A stretch of DNA of 64,000 bases from an uncultured Methanosarcinaceae archaeon (GCA_963721455.1 CAVRJG010000053.1:64001-128000), one strand, 5' to 3'; positions 1 to 11,826 are shown, numbered from the stretch's first letter. Made by a program: numbers and translations. The notes: generated by a model from the sequence alone, not told the origin.

Positions 1-506
1 TTTCTGTTTCAGGCGCTATGTTCCAGCAGTTTTCCCACGGGCTTATCATGAGCATTCTGTTCATGTCCGCGGGAGCCATCCAGACAAACACGGGAACAAG
101 GATAATCAACAACCTCGGTGGGCTTGCAAAGAAGATGCCGAAGCTGGCTGTTGTTATGATGGTCGGGTTTATGGCATCCCTTGGCCTGCCCGGATTGACT
201 GGCTTTATTGCCGAATTCCTGGTACTGACCTTCAGCTACGCGAACCTGCCAGGCTTTGTCCTGCTTGCCCTGCTGTCAATAGTGATTACCGCAGGTTATC
301 ACCTCTGGGCAATGCAGAGGGCAATGTTCGGAGTTTATAACGAGAAGCTTGGGGATGTCAGGGACATCAATTCCCTTCAGGTCTTTTCGATGGCAGCGAT
401 TGCCCTTCTTGTGCTTTATTTCGGCCTGAACCCGAGTCCGGTGCTTAATATGATGATTACGAATTCGGAAGCAATAGTAAGCCTCGCGGCTGTCCTGGGG
501 GTGTAA
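1..506 (+). CDS. fpoM: F420H2 dehydrogenase subunit M (NuoM-like), 5'-truncated by window edge
   Basis: SHGL...LGGLAKKMP...ASLGLPGLTGFIAEF NuoM/ND4 motifs; directly upstream of NuoN-like gene and fpoO. Confidence 0.93.
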   Translation, partial: SVSGAMFQQFSHGLIMSILFMSAGAIQTNTGTRIINNLGGLAKKMPKLAVVMMVGFMASLGLPGLTGFIAEFLVLTFSYANLPGFVLLALLSIVITAGYHLWAMQRAMFGVYNEKLGDVRDINSLQVFSMAAIALLVLYFGLNPSPVLNMMITNSEAIVSLAAVLGV

Positions 507-509
507 GAA

Positions 510-1954
510 ATGGAGAATTTTATGTTCCTTGCACCTGAAATTGCAGTCGTTGCAACTGGCCTGATTATACTGCTTATAGGGGTCTTCATGTCCCCACGAG
601 CCAAGAATGTGCTGGGTTACCTGGCAACCCTGGGAATCCTTGCAGCTCTGGCTCTGACGATAGGAAGTTTCGGGGCAGAAGCCACCATGTTTTCGGGTAC
701 TCTCAGCATTGATGCCCTCTCCCAGTTCTTCAAACTGGTCTTCCTGGCAGTTTCCCTGATTGTTTCGGTTGCTGCAATCAAGTATAATGAAAACAGTGAC
801 CATACGGAAGAGTTCTATACCCTGGTGCTTTTCGCAACCTTCGGGATGATGGTTGTTGCATCTGCAAACGACCTGATCCTGCTCTTCTGTGCCTTTGAGC
901 TGGCAAGTCTTGCTACTTACGCCCTTGCAGGCTTTGAGAAACAGAATCCAAGGTCCCTCGAAGGAGCTATGAAGTATTTCATAATAGGCTCGGTCTCAGC
1001 AGCCCTTATGCTCTTCGGGATTTCTTTTGTCTACGGGGCAACAGGCACTACCAGCATTCCCACGATTGCTGCAAACTCCGCCCTGCTTACAGAAAACCCG
1101 ATCGGACTTGTCGCAGTCGTGCTGCTGATTGCAGGCTTCGGCTTCAAAATGGCTCTTGTGCCTTTCCATATGTGGGCTCCGGATACCTACCAGGGATCAC
1201 CTTCAGTTGTTTCCGCCCTGCTTGCAGCCGGGTCGAAGAAAATGGGTTTTGTGGCAGCTTTCAGGGTTTTCATTTTAGCCCTTGCAGCCCTCCAGCCTGA
1301 CTGGCAGCTTGCCTTCACGATTCTGGCAGTGGTAACCATGACCTTCGGGAATGTGGTTGCAGTTTCCCAGACCAGCGTAAAACGCATGCTCGCCTACTCT
1401 TCTCTGGCACAGGCAGGGTATATTGCAATGGCTTTTGTGGTCATGACCCCAATGGCTCTTACAGGCGGGATCTTTTACGCCCTTGCCCATGCCTTTATGA
1501 AAGCAGGAGCATTTATTGCAGCCGGAGCAGTAGTCTGGATGGTGACCAAGCAAAGGACAGGAAACCTTGAAGTCCCTGACCACCTTGACAGCTTCAGGGG
1601 CCTTGGGAAGACAATGCCTTTTGCAGCTCTTTCCATGACGATTTTCGTCTTTGCCCTTGCAGGGATTCCCCCGACTGCAGGTTTCATGGCCAAGTTCGTG
1701 CTCTTCTCCTCGACCATTGAGGCAGGCATGACCTGGCTTGCAGTGGTTGCTATCCTGAACAGCGCCCTTTCACTGTTCTATTATGCACGGCTTGTGAAAT
1801 ACATGTACTTCCTCCCCCCGAAGGTAAAAAGATCGGCATGCCCCTCCCATTTGCAGCAGCTCTCCTGTTTGCAGTGGCAGGCGTGCTGGCTATGGGCTTC
1901 TGGCCCGAACCTTTCATGCAGTGGGCAATGGAAGCAGCAAAGGTACTGATCTAA
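510..1954 (+). CDS. fpoN: F420H2 dehydrogenase subunit N (NuoN-like); apparent 1-nt deletion in the C-run near 1812-1819
   Basis: EGAMKYF, FKMALVPFHMWAPDTYQGSP, KRMLAYSS, LAGIPPTAGF motifs. Adding one C restores a hydrophobic C-terminus (LPPEGKKIGMPLPFAAALLFAVAGVLAMGFWPEPFMQWAMEAAKVLI, TAA at 1952-1954). Confidence 0.93.
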
Positions 1955-1967
1955 GGAGGTATGAGAA

Positions 1968-2348
1968 ATGACAGATTGTGATCTTTGCGGGCGAGGAATC
2001 CCGACCGTTATCCCGGTCCGGGTCAATCCTCCCCTCCTCAAATTCGCCTACCCTGAAGGTGTCTGGAAAGGGCTCTGCGAAGTCTGCCTCGATTCAGCCC
2101 AGAAAACCTACTTAACTGTGGATAATGAAGAAATCTCGTGCAGGAAAGGCAAATGCTCTCTGTGCGGGAGAAAAAATAGGGTTTTCCCTGTCGAATTGCA
2201 AATCCCCAGTTTCTCAAAAGGGGTCGTAAAAAAGGACGTCCCTGTTTGCTCAAAATGCCTGGAAGCAGTCGATGAGGCTTATGTCAGGTTCAAAAGAGAA
2301 GAAATAGGTGGACACGGGAACGAGCACGAGCACGTTCATGAGCATTAA
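1968..2348 (+). CDS. fpoO: F420H2 dehydrogenase subunit O
   Basis: CDLCG...WKGLCEVC...CSLCG...CSKC Cys pattern; last gene after fpoN; GGAGGT RBS. Confidence 0.9.
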   Translation: MTDCDLCGRGIPTVIPVRVNPPLLKFAYPEGVWKGLCEVCLDSAQKTYLTVDNEEISCRKGKCSLCGRKNRVFPVELQIPSFSKGVVKKDVPVCSKCLEAVDEAYVRFKREEIGGHGNEHEHVHEH

Positions 2349-2546
2349 AAACATTGAGTAAAGCTGCATTTTGCGGCTTTATTTTCTTATTTTTCTTTTT
2401 TGGTGTCAGGTTGCCATCTAAGGCTTCTGTTTTCTAAATTTTTCGATTTTGTCGATTGCTCAGGGCAGAAAGAGTTTATTCCTTCGAGGCTTGAATTAAT
2501 CGTCTATTGATGTACTTCCTTAGAAAGAAAAGCTTTATTCGAGGTC

Positions 2547-2787
2547 TTAGTCGAAATCCATTCCTTCAATAAAACGTTCACAACTTTCAATCGTGTCAAG
2601 AATATCGTGCAGGTAGTTTTTTACAGTGCGCTCTTTCATACCTGTACGACCTCTTCAAGAATCTTCTTCCCTATCCTGGGTTTCAGCGCACTTTTCATGA
2701 CAGGGTCAACCTTCGCTTCCAATATATCTAAAAGATCATGTTTAAGCCTATGAATTCAAAGAGATCAGGTACTTTGGAAAATTCTAC
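2547..2787 (-). pseudogene. Remnant of a second minimal nucleotidyltransferase / DUF86-HEPN toxin-antitoxin pair
   Basis: Manual translation: VEFSKVPDLFEFIGL/(shift)KHDLLDILEAKVDPVMKSALKPRIGKKILEEVVQV* overlapping (ATGA) with MKERTVKNYLHDILDTIESCERFIEGMDFD*. Confidence 0.75.
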
Positions 2788-2859
2788 CCGAAAAAAAATC
2801 ATTCAAAACAGAATTCCAACACTTTTTACAATGTCTAAAAAATACTCTAAAATTCCAAC

Positions 2860-3285
2860 TCATTTTTCAAGCTTTTCTACATATTCAGCTACATATGACG
2901 CAAATGAATCGAAATCGTCAAGGTTTTCTACAAGAAATTTTTTTATTATGTCAAGGTCAATATCCTCATATATATGAACCAGGAAATTTCTGAAACCTGC
3001 GGCAGCCGAGAGTTTTTCTGCAAAATCCCCGGGGAGAATTCCATGTCTTCCAAGAATCAAAAAGACACTTCTGTAATCTTCAGGCCTTTCAAACCCTTCT
3101 TCTGAAATGATTATTTCCCCGATATCTATGGCGCATTCTATGGCTAGTTGAAAGTTCCTTTCAATTGCGGAGCGCATTTCGTAGTTTTCTTCAAGGTTAA
3201 TGCTTTCGGTATCAATTGATTTAAGGTAGTTTACCGGACGCTGCATGAAGTTCAGCTTCCGAATTATCTTATCCGCCGCTGTCAC
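2860..3285 (-). CDS. hepT: HEPN (DUF86) ribonuclease toxin, HepT-like
   Basis: AIERNFQLAIE and GFRNFLVHIY (RX4HXY) motif; abuts the upstream MNT gene. Confidence 0.88.
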   Translation of the reverse strand: MTAADKIIRKLNFMQRPVNYLKSIDTESINLEENYEMRSAIERNFQLAIECAIDIGEIIISEEGFERPEDYRSVFLILGRHGILPGDFAEKLSAAAGFRNFLVHIYEDIDLDIIKKFLVENLDDFDSFASYVAEYVEKLEK

Positions 3286-3732
3286 TTAAAATCCACCCTT
3301 CTCTCTTATTTTTTTTAGAAAAGCTCTGTTCAGAAAGTCTTCATGATATTTTCTATCCAGATATCTAGACATTATTTTCTGTTCAACGTCAAGCTTGAGA
3401 TCTTCATCTCTCACAAATACAGGAACATTGGGTTTTATTATTTCAAAATTAATAACAGGAAATGTATCGTTCATAATTATAAGGTCGACGCTGTCGGTTT
3501 TAAGGAAACCTGCAAGCTCAGCTGCTAATTCCAGGCGCTTGTCTATCCTTTCCACTTTTGTAAGCCTGCTTGAAAGGTAAACACCCACATCGATGTCACT
3601 TAAAGGCCCTCTATTATCCTCTGCCGTTGATCCAAAGAGGTATGCCAGCTCAACGCCTTCTTGCGATTTGAAAAATTCGGCAAGTTTGGAAATTATAGTC
3701 TCTTTTTCCAGCTTATTGATCTCAGGGATCAT
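3286..3732 (-). CDS. mntA: Minimal nucleotidyltransferase antitoxin, MntA-like
   Basis: AYLFGSTAEDNRGPLSDIDVGV (GSX10DXD) motif, VDLIIMN. Confidence 0.88.
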   Translation of the reverse strand: MIPEINKLEKETIISKLAEFFKSQEGVELAYLFGSTAEDNRGPLSDIDVGVYLSSRLTKVERIDKRLELAAELAGFLKTDSVDLIIMNDTFPVINFEIIKPNVPVFVRDEDLKLDVEQKIMSRYLDRKYHEDFLNRAFLKKIREKGGF

Positions 3733-4059
3733 TACATTGTTTCCTATGTTTTATTCTTTCAAATAGATTCTCTCGATTTCTTTCAAAATTTTCCAAACCA
3801 ACTCAAAAATCTGTTTAAGTCAGGCTGGATCTCTGAACAATTCTTTTTCTTCTCTTTCGGAAAATCTCACGGTTAAATCTCACGATTAATAAACGTTTTT
3901 TCATCTAAAAACAAAAAAACAGTTGATATATAAAGAATGAATTTAATCTGTATATTAGTAAATTATATTCATTATACACAATAACTGTCGGTTTAAAGTT
4001 TATCCTATCTTGAACCCGACGGGCTGTGCAAAGTATCTGGGGGGTCAGTTCTGAAAATC

Positions 4060-5445
4060 GTGTTTATCGGAGATTGTCATGCCGGGCGGATGTTCAGTGC
4101 CGCACTGGTCACGGTTTTATTTTTGCTTTCAGCAGGCATCGGAAGTGCGGAGATTATTTACGTAGAACCCGGGAATTCAATTCAGGCTGCAGTAAATAAT
4201 TCTACATCCGGGGATTTTGTCATTGTGAAAGCTGGGGAGTATGAGGAGAATATTGTTGTCAATGTTTCAGGGCTGACGATCAGCTCGGAATCCGGGAGCC
4301 CTGATAGCGTGCTTGTAAGGGGCAGGGAGAAAGACTCCAGCATATTTCAGGTTAAAGCAGATAACGTAACTATCAGCGGCTTTAATATAACCGGATTAGG
4401 GGAAGTTTCCAGCGTTCCTGAAACTTCAGGTTCCACAAATTCTTCTGACCCGGCCAGTAATTCAAGTGATGAGAAAATGGGGAAGGCTTCCGGTTCCGGA
4501 CCAGATACGCTTATTTACCAATGGGACGGGGTTGGCTGTCCTTCAGCAGGAATTTGCCTTGAACATGTTAACAACTGCACAATCGAGAAAAATATTTTTT
4601 CCGATAACAGGTACGGGGTCTACCTGCAGGACTCCAGGAACAGCACACTCTTGAAGAATACTTTTTTCCGCAATGGTATCTGGCTTGACGAAGGTTGCGG
4701 CCAGAATCTACTGCTAAATAACCTGGTTGAAGAGAGCTCTATCCTCCTGGGTGCTCACTGCTGGGACAATATAATGTTCCAGAACCGGCTCTCGAACGGC
4801 GAAGGAATAAGTATTGCCTGCTGCGGTGGAAACAATCTCGTTTCAAAGAATGATATCATAAACTGCAGTACCGGCATCTACATTTTTGACGTTCAGGCAA
4901 GGACCGTCCTGCGTGACAACCGGATTACGGGCTGCGGGAACGGAATTTACTTCAATTTCGTCTTCGACTCCAGAGTCTATAATAATACGATCTCAAACGG
5001 CAACACAGGCATCTTTTTGAGAGACGAATGCCACGACAATGAACTGTCCAGCAATAAAATAATTTTGAGTAAAGAATCCGGCATTTATTTGCTGGAATAC
5101 AGTGCTGATAACCGCATCCACAACAATTACTTTAATAACAGCATAAATGTAAAGGTAGAGAATGCTGAAGGAAATATCTGGAATACTACAAAGGCGCCAG
5201 GAACGAATATTGTACAGGGGCCAAATCTGGGGGGGAACTTCTGGGCGAATTTGAAAGGAACCGGTTTTTCCCAGATCTCCAATGATTCGGATTCGGACGG
5301 GATTTGCGACCTTCCATACAATATCAACGGAAGTGATTTTGATTATCTTCCTCTTGCCAGGCCTCCTTCTGTGCCTGGGGTGGATTCAACAACTGCAGGA
5401 GATTCCAAAGAAAATATGGATTACAGGGAAAATCAAAAAAAGTAA
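4060..5445 (+). CDS. Secreted right-handed beta-helix (NosD/CASH-type) surface protein
   Basis: Signal peptide, SIQAAVN start motif, repeated GIYL..N.I.NN units, GGNFWA...DSDGICDLPY...DYLPL C-terminus. Confidence 0.85.
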   Translation: MFIGDCHAGRMFSAALVTVLFLLSAGIGSAEIIYVEPGNSIQAAVNNSTSGDFVIVKAGEYEENIVVNVSGLTISSESGSPDSVLVRGREKDSSIFQVKADNVTISGFNITGLGEVSSVPETSGSTNSSDPASNSSDEKMGKASGSGPDTLIYQWDGVGCPSAGICLEHVNNCTIEKNIFSDNRYGVYLQDSRNSTLLKNTFFRNGIWLDEGCGQNLLLNNLVEESSILLGAHCWDNIMFQNRLSNGEGISIACCGGNNLVSKNDIINCSTGIYIFDVQARTVLRDNRITGCGNGIYFNFVFDSRVYNNTISNGNTGIFLRDECHDNELSSNKIILSKESGIYLLEYSADNRIHNNYFNNSINVKVENAEGNIWNTTKAPGTNIVQGPNLGGNFWANLKGTGFSQISNDSDSDGICDLPYNINGSDFDYLPLARPPSVPGVDSTTAGDSKENMDYRENQKK

Positions 5446-5941
5446 TGAGAGTTATCTCAATTTTTCTATTCTCTCCATTCCCTTTTCATTTTGCATGGTT
5501 GTTTATGGGGTAACAAGCCTGTAAACATTCTTTAGTTATTTAATGTATAACATACTATAGTCTTATAAATTAAATTCTCTGCTTATTTAATTTAGACTTA
5601 TTTAATATTACATTTAGGGGATGATGCGATATATCTACGGAGCCTTTAGATATTTTATTAGTTCTTGCCTTTCTCACGTGTGTTACTTATTTTTTATTTA
5701 AGCCGAAAAAAAGGTCAAAAAACTAAACATCGGTATCTACGTGTACAATCTCTATAATCAAATGAAACCTCAGATTACTACCGATGAATCATAACAGTAC
5801 TTGCTGCACTAAAGAGAATCTAAATTTATAGAACGAAGCATAAAACCCGTTAAATCTTTTGATTTAGCGGGTAGTTCACCTATACATTCCTATACTGTGA
5901 CAAAAAATTCATGTGGGATAAACTCCTTAATTATAATTAGT

Positions 5942-7423
5942 ATGACACGTTCAGCGGGAATATGGTTATTTCTGGCACTGGGTCTGTTCTTCTGCCTGTT
6001 TACAGGTTTGGGGGCTGCAGACCCTGTTGCCCTGGATAATGGGGATGTAAACCTTTCGGAACTCAGGGCTTTTGACCTGCTCTGCAAATGTGAAACAGGA
6101 TGCATAGTCAATACAGTTTCCCTCTCTTCCAGCGGGAATTACCTTGCAGTCGGAGGGTTTGATTACAATGTTTATCTTTTTAATTCCGAGGGGAATAAAC
6201 TTTGGAATTATACCACCGGAGATATTATCTATACAGTATCAATTTCTTCTGATGGGACTTGTGTAGCCGCAGGAAGTAACGATAAGAAGGTATACTTTTT
6301 TAACCGGAAAGGAGATTTGCTCTGGAGTTACGAAACAGGGGGCAGCCTGAATAGTGCGGCGGTCTCTTCCGACGGTTCGCATGTGGCAGCAGGCAGTGAG
6401 GACGGCAAGGTTTACTTCTTTAACAGAGAAGGTAAACTCTTATGGAATTTTGATTCCGGGGATGCCGTCCGGAGTGTTGCCATCTCCAGAGATGGGTCTT
6501 ATATTACAGCCGGGGGTTCCAATCGGTATGTTTATCTCTTTGACAGCAAAGGAAACAAGATATGGGGACGGAAGACAGGCAGTGTAATCAATAGTGTGTG
6601 CATGACTCCACATGCCGATTATGTGGCTGCCGGCGGATCTAATTATAACGTCTATCTATTTGACCCGAAAGGGGAATTTTCCTGGATTCACAATCCTTCT
6701 TACTGGGTCAGCAGTGTTTCGCTAACGAGCAATGGTTCATGTCTTGCAGCAGGAAGTTTTGACGACAAAATCTACCTGTTTAACAGTGCAGGGACAAAAC
6801 TCTGGGACTATCAGGTAAAAGATGACGTCTACAGTGTTGCAGTTTCCCCGGATACATCATTCATTGCAGCCGGAAGCTGGGACGATACGCTTTACGTCCT
6901 CAGTATGGAAGGGGATGAGTTTTGGAACTATAGCTGCGGAGGAAATATCAACAGCTTATCCATTTCTCGCGATAGCTCAACCCTTGCTGTGGGAAGCGAT
7001 GCCGGGGCAGCATATCTTTTTGAGCGGAATTCCACGGCTTTTGCATTGCTCTTTGGAGACGAGCGTTTTCTTTCCAGAGAAAGCACTCAAGAATCTGACA
7101 CAATTAAGGCAGGAGAAACCGGACTGCCGTTAAAAAAAGATACGACAACGACAGGAGGCGTTGAAAATATAGTTGAGATTGCTTCGGCCTCCTCAGGTAA
7201 AGTGCCGGGTGATACAAAAACTGCAGAGAACTCAGCCTCTGCAGAAAGCTCTTCAAAGCTTCTGGAATTGCTCAATTTTTTTAAATTTCCTATAGTTCTT
7301 TTACTTGCAGTTTTAATAGTGGCGTTTTTCTTGAAAAAGAGGACCTTTAAAAAACAGACGAGAGATAAGGACTTTGAAGACTTTGAAAATCTTGAAGAGG
7401 AAAATAACAGGCCTGAAAATTAA
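5942..7423 (+). CDS. WD40/PQQ-like beta-propeller surface protein with C-terminal membrane anchor
   Basis: About 8 repeats of V.SV.IS.DG.Y.AAGS.D..VY.F...G..LW; signal peptide; C-terminal TM helix followed by KKR; ATG 5942 chosen over GTG 5897. Confidence 0.85.
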   Translation: MTRSAGIWLFLALGLFFCLFTGLGAADPVALDNGDVNLSELRAFDLLCKCETGCIVNTVSLSSSGNYLAVGGFDYNVYLFNSEGNKLWNYTTGDIIYTVSISSDGTCVAAGSNDKKVYFFNRKGDLLWSYETGGSLNSAAVSSDGSHVAAGSEDGKVYFFNREGKLLWNFDSGDAVRSVAISRDGSYITAGGSNRYVYLFDSKGNKIWGRKTGSVINSVCMTPHADYVAAGGSNYNVYLFDPKGEFSWIHNPSYWVSSVSLTSNGSCLAAGSFDDKIYLFNSAGTKLWDYQVKDDVYSVAVSPDTSFIAAGSWDDTLYVLSMEGDEFWNYSCGGNINSLSISRDSSTLAVGSDAGAAYLFERNSTAFALLFGDERFLSRESTQESDTIKAGETGLPLKKDTTTTGGVENIVEIASASSGKVPGDTKTAENSASAESSSKLLELLNFFKFPIVLLLAVLIVAFFLKKRTFKKQTRDKDFEDFENLEEENNRPEN

Positions 7424-7514
7424 CAAGAAAACCTTGAAACCTGATATTTCAGCTCCGGAGGCTTAGACAGTCAGCTCTGCAATCTATCTATACCTCCCGG
7501 ATTTTAAATGTTTT

Positions 7515-8162
7515 TCAGATTTCTTTACTTGCAGCTTCAGATAAAACCCTTATATGGAATTCCGAATCAAGCTCGTTTGCAAGCGTTTTACATTTTTCCA
7601 GGTCTATTTCGGACACCTTAACTACCGTAACTCTTGTACTGATTCCCGCCTTTCTTGCTCCCCTTATAAAATCAAGTACTGCTCTGTAAGCATTTTTGTG
7701 AATTGGCCTGCAGAGTTTGTTATATTTTTCTTCGGACTCTGCATTCAGGCTTACGGAGATGGAATCGATTCCTGCTTTTTTCAATTCCGAGATCACATCT
7801 TTTCCGGGGTTTATCAGGGCTGCATGTCCGTTGGTATCAAGCCTGACTCTGATATTCCGGCATTTAAGCCAGCGGGTCACTGCAAGCACCACATCGAACC
7901 TGAGGGTCGGCTCTCCAAGGCCCGTGAATACGATTTCTCTATATTTCGAAAGATCCAGGTTTTCAAGGGCTCCGATAATTTCCTCTGTTGAGGGCTCTTT
8001 TGAAAGCCTCAGGTCGTATCCGTAAACCCCGTCTGCAAAGTTGCGGATACAAAAGATACAGTCTGCACTGCAGCGGTTCGTAAGGTTAATATAGAGATTT
8101 TTATGAGCTTCGTAGTAAATTGTGTCCATGCGATCAAAATTTATTGCATTCCTTATAACCAT
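7515..8162 (-). CDS. TatD-associated family radical SAM protein
   Basis: LYINLTNRCSADCIFCIR (CX3CX2C), EIVFTGLGEP, RLDTNGH, SVSLNA. Confidence 0.85.
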   Translation of the reverse strand: MVIRNAINFDRMDTIYYEAHKNLYINLTNRCSADCIFCIRNFADGVYGYDLRLSKEPSTEEIIGALENLDLSKYREIVFTGLGEPTLRFDVVLAVTRWLKCRNIRVRLDTNGHAALINPGKDVISELKKAGIDSISVSLNAESEEKYNKLCRPIHKNAYRAVLDFIRGARKAGISTRVTVVKVSEIDLEKCKTLANELDSEFHIRVLSEAASKEI

Positions 8163-8421
8163 GACGCATTAATTCATTTTTTATCCGGAAACTTGAAATG
8201 ATGCTATATATACGAATTTTTTATTTCTTTACTTCTGTTTTTCGGTTATGACTCGTGTTTTCAAGCAGAAAGTTTATAGGCAATTATGTACTTCTAAGGT
8301 TCGATCTGCAGCATTTAGCTAGCAGTATCTATGTTTCAACTCATTTACTCTCCGCATTGAAGCATCTCAGGTTCTCTTTTAGGAATTTGGATTCTCAATG
8401 TTGACAGATGTGTGTTAAAAA

Positions 8422-8470
8422 CCTATGATTGATGAAAAATTGCGGCATTCGCAATTTCGAAGGAGAATCT
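8422..8470 (+). promoter_or_regulatory. Candidate L7Ae-binding kink-turn/K-loop element overlapping the rpl7ae RBS
   Basis: TGATGA (box C-like), perfect stem AAATTGCG (8437-8444)/CGCAATTT (8450-8457), then CGA and AGGAG RBS. Confidence 0.55.
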
Positions 8471-8473
8471 TAA

Positions 8474-8836
<363 letters not shown>

Positions 8837-8845
8837 TCCTGATAA

Positions 8846-9082
<237 letters not shown>

Positions 9083-9098
9083 GAAAGCGGTGAAATAG

Positions 9099-9287
<189 letters not shown>

Positions 9288-9332
9288 AGAAATTGAATCC
9301 AGTTTATTTGTTCGGATTATTAAGGTGTGCAT

Positions 9333-9782
9333 ATGGAACAGACATACGTTATGGTAAAGCCTGACGGAGTCCAGCGCGGGCTGGTTGGGGAGATCATTTC
9401 CAGAATCGAAAAGCGGGGTCTGAAAATCGTTTCTCTCAGGATGAACGTTATCAGTGAAGCCACTGCAAAGGAACACTACGGTGAACATGCAGCCAGGCCT
9501 TTCTTCCCTTCCCTTATCGAATTCGTCACCTCCGGCCCCTCGGTCTCGATGGTAGTTGCCGGAAAAGATGCAGTCAGGGTTATGAGGGCTGTAAATGGGG
9601 CTACAAACCCGGTAGATGCGGCTCCAGGAACGATCCGCGGGGATTTTGCTCTGGATGTAGGCAGAAACGTAGTTCATGCATCCGATTCCCCCGACGCTGC
9701 AGCAAGGGAAATTGCAATTCACTTTAAGGACTCCGAAATCGGGAAATATTCCAGGATCGATGAAGTCTGTCTGTACGAATAA
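9333..9782 (+). CDS. ndk: Nucleoside diphosphate kinase
   Basis: [31 protein letters not shown]. Confidence 0.97.
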   Translation: MEQTYVMVKPDGVQRGLVGEIISRIEKRGLKIVSLRMNVISEATAKEHYGEHAARPFFPSLIEFVTSGPSVSMVVAGKDAVRVMRAVNGATNPVDAAPGTIRGDFALDVGRNVVHASDSPDAAAREIAIHFKDSEIGKYSRIDEVCLYE

Positions 9783-9939
9783 AGCAGGTGCATCAAAGCC
9801 TTTTCGTGTTCCTGAGAGTTTCAGGGCGCGATTCCAAGCCTTTGTTTATCCGGTACCTGCAAAATGGGTCCTTCCGGGGAAACCCGGACCCTTCTGGACC
9901 TGCAGCGAATAAGACGCGGGAATGAGAGAGGTTTTGCAT

Positions 9940-11715
9940 ATGACCGACAAGAAAAATTTAAGGACTCCTATAGTCTGCGTGATGGGGCACGTCGACCACG
10001 GAAAAACTACTCTGCTGGACAAGATCAGGGGTACTGCAGTTGTTCGCGGAGAAGCCGGAGCCATCACCCAGCATATCGGAGCAACTGAAGTCCCGATAGG
10101 CGTGATTGTCGACAAGCTCGGAGATCCACGGCTCAGAGACCGTTTCATTGTACCAGGGCTGCTCTTTATTGATACGCCTGGGCACCATGCCTTTACAACC
10201 CTCAGGAGCAGGGGAGGCGCCCTCGCCGACCTTGCAATTGTTGTAGTGGATATAAACGAAGGCTTCAAGCCCCAGACCTATGAAAGCCTGCAGATCTTAA
10301 AGCGGTTCAAAACTCCTTTTGTTGTTGTTGCCAATAAGATCGACAGGATTGGCGGCTGGGTCCCACAAAAAGACCTGCCTTTTGCTGCCACTTTCAAAAA
10401 GCAGTCCTACGAGGTCCAGGCCCGGCTTGAGACAAAGCTCTATGAGGTAATAGGTGAGCTCTACAACCAGGGCTTTGCAGCAGAACGTTACGACAGGGTT
10501 ACAAACTTCCAGAAAATGCTGGGTGTAGTGCCTGTGAGTGCTGTCACAGGGGAAGGAATTCCTGATGTTCTGATGGTACTCCTCGGCCTGACCCAGAAGT
10601 TCCTTGAAGCAAATCTCCAGTACAGCGCCAAAGGCCCAGGAGTCGGGACTGTGCTTGAGGTCAAGGAAGAAAAAGGTCTGGGTGCAACGCTTGATGTTAT
10701 TCTCTATGACGGCACGTTGAAGAAAGGGGATACTGTCGTTATCGGAAGCCTTGGAGAGCCGATCCAGACCAAGGTGCGTGCTCTCTTAAAGCCCAGAGAA
10801 CTTTCTGAGATCCGCTACGAAAGCAAGTTCCAGCAGGTAAATAAGGTCACTGCTGCGGCTGGTGTAAAGATTTCGGCTCCAGGTCTCGAAGGTGCCCTTG
10901 CAGGCTCTCCGATAAGGGTTGCTACGGAAGAAACCCTTGATGAAATCGTAGCGCAGGTAAAGTCCGAGATCGATGAGGTCAGGATTGATACGGGTTCAGT
11001 AGGGATCATAATCAAAGCAGATACCCTGGGTTCCCTTGAAGCCCTTGTCCACGAGTTCCGGAAAGATGAAGTCCCTATCAGGAAAGCCGAAGTAGGAGAC
11101 ATCTCGCACAGGGACGCGATCGAGGCTTCGACAGTTGAAGACCCTCTCTATTCGGTGCTTATAGGTTTCAATGTCAAAGTTCACCTTGACGCCAGAGATT
11201 TCCTGCAGGAAAGCACTGTGAAGGTGCTCACAAGTGATGTGATCTACCGCCTGGTTGAAGACTACCAGAAATACGTAAAAGAACAGAAGGAACTGGCTGA
11301 AAAGAAGATTTTCGAAACCATCATCCGCCCTGGAAAATTCAAAATTCTTCCGGGATGCGTGTTCCGTCAGAGCAAACCCGCAGTTGTCGGGGTAAGGGTG
11401 CTTGGCGGGGTCGTGCGGACAAACGCAGATGTCATGCTTGAAAACGGAACCGTCATAGGCAAGATCAAGGGCCTGCAGTCCGACGGGGAAAACATTCCTT
11501 CTGCAAGGGTAGGCAAGGAAGTTGCAATGGCAATTGACGGTGCAACCGTAGGCAGACAGATCAAAGAAGAAGATGTGCTCTATATCAATGTGCCTGAAAG
11601 GCATGCCAAAGTTCTTGAGCACGAAATCTACGCTTCCCTTTCAACTGATGAAAAGGAAACTCTTGACATTTTCCTTACACTCAAGCGGAAAGACAATCCT
11701 TTCTGGGCAAAATAA
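9940..11715 (+). CDS. infB: Translation initiation factor aIF5B / IF-2
   Basis: GHVDHGKTTLLD, GAITQHIGA, DTPGH, NKID GTPase motifs. Confidence 0.97.
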   Translation: MTDKKNLRTPIVCVMGHVDHGKTTLLDKIRGTAVVRGEAGAITQHIGATEVPIGVIVDKLGDPRLRDRFIVPGLLFIDTPGHHAFTTLRSRGGALADLAIVVVDINEGFKPQTYESLQILKRFKTPFVVVANKIDRIGGWVPQKDLPFAATFKKQSYEVQARLETKLYEVIGELYNQGFAAERYDRVTNFQKMLGVVPVSAVTGEGIPDVLMVLLGLTQKFLEANLQYSAKGPGVGTVLEVKEEKGLGATLDVILYDGTLKKGDTVVIGSLGEPIQTKVRALLKPRELSEIRYESKFQQVNKVTAAAGVKISAPGLEGALAGSPIRVATEETLDEIVAQVKSEIDEVRIDTGSVGIIIKADTLGSLEALVHEFRKDEVPIRKAEVGDISHRDAIEASTVEDPLYSVLIGFNVKVHLDARDFLQESTVKVLTSDVIYRLVEDYQKYVKEQKELAEKKIFETIIRPGKFKILPGCVFRQSKPAVVGVRVLGGVVRTNADVMLENGTVIGKIKGLQSDGENIPSARVGKEVAMAIDGATVGRQIKEEDVLYINVPERHAKVLEHEIYASLSTDEKETLDIFLTLKRKDNPFWAK

Positions 11716-11826
11716 TGGCTGATGTGCAGGGCAGCAGCATATTAAGGCTCAGTAAGAATGCGGATAAAGAAGGCAAGGTAAGGCAAAGGAATAATTAAAA
11801 GTAAATCTGATATTGGAGGATTTCAT

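Noticed and set aside
1805-1954. Programmed frameshift or true truncation of fpoN
   Set aside because: Single-base loss in a C homopolymer of a core respiratory gene; a sequencing error is the simpler explanation
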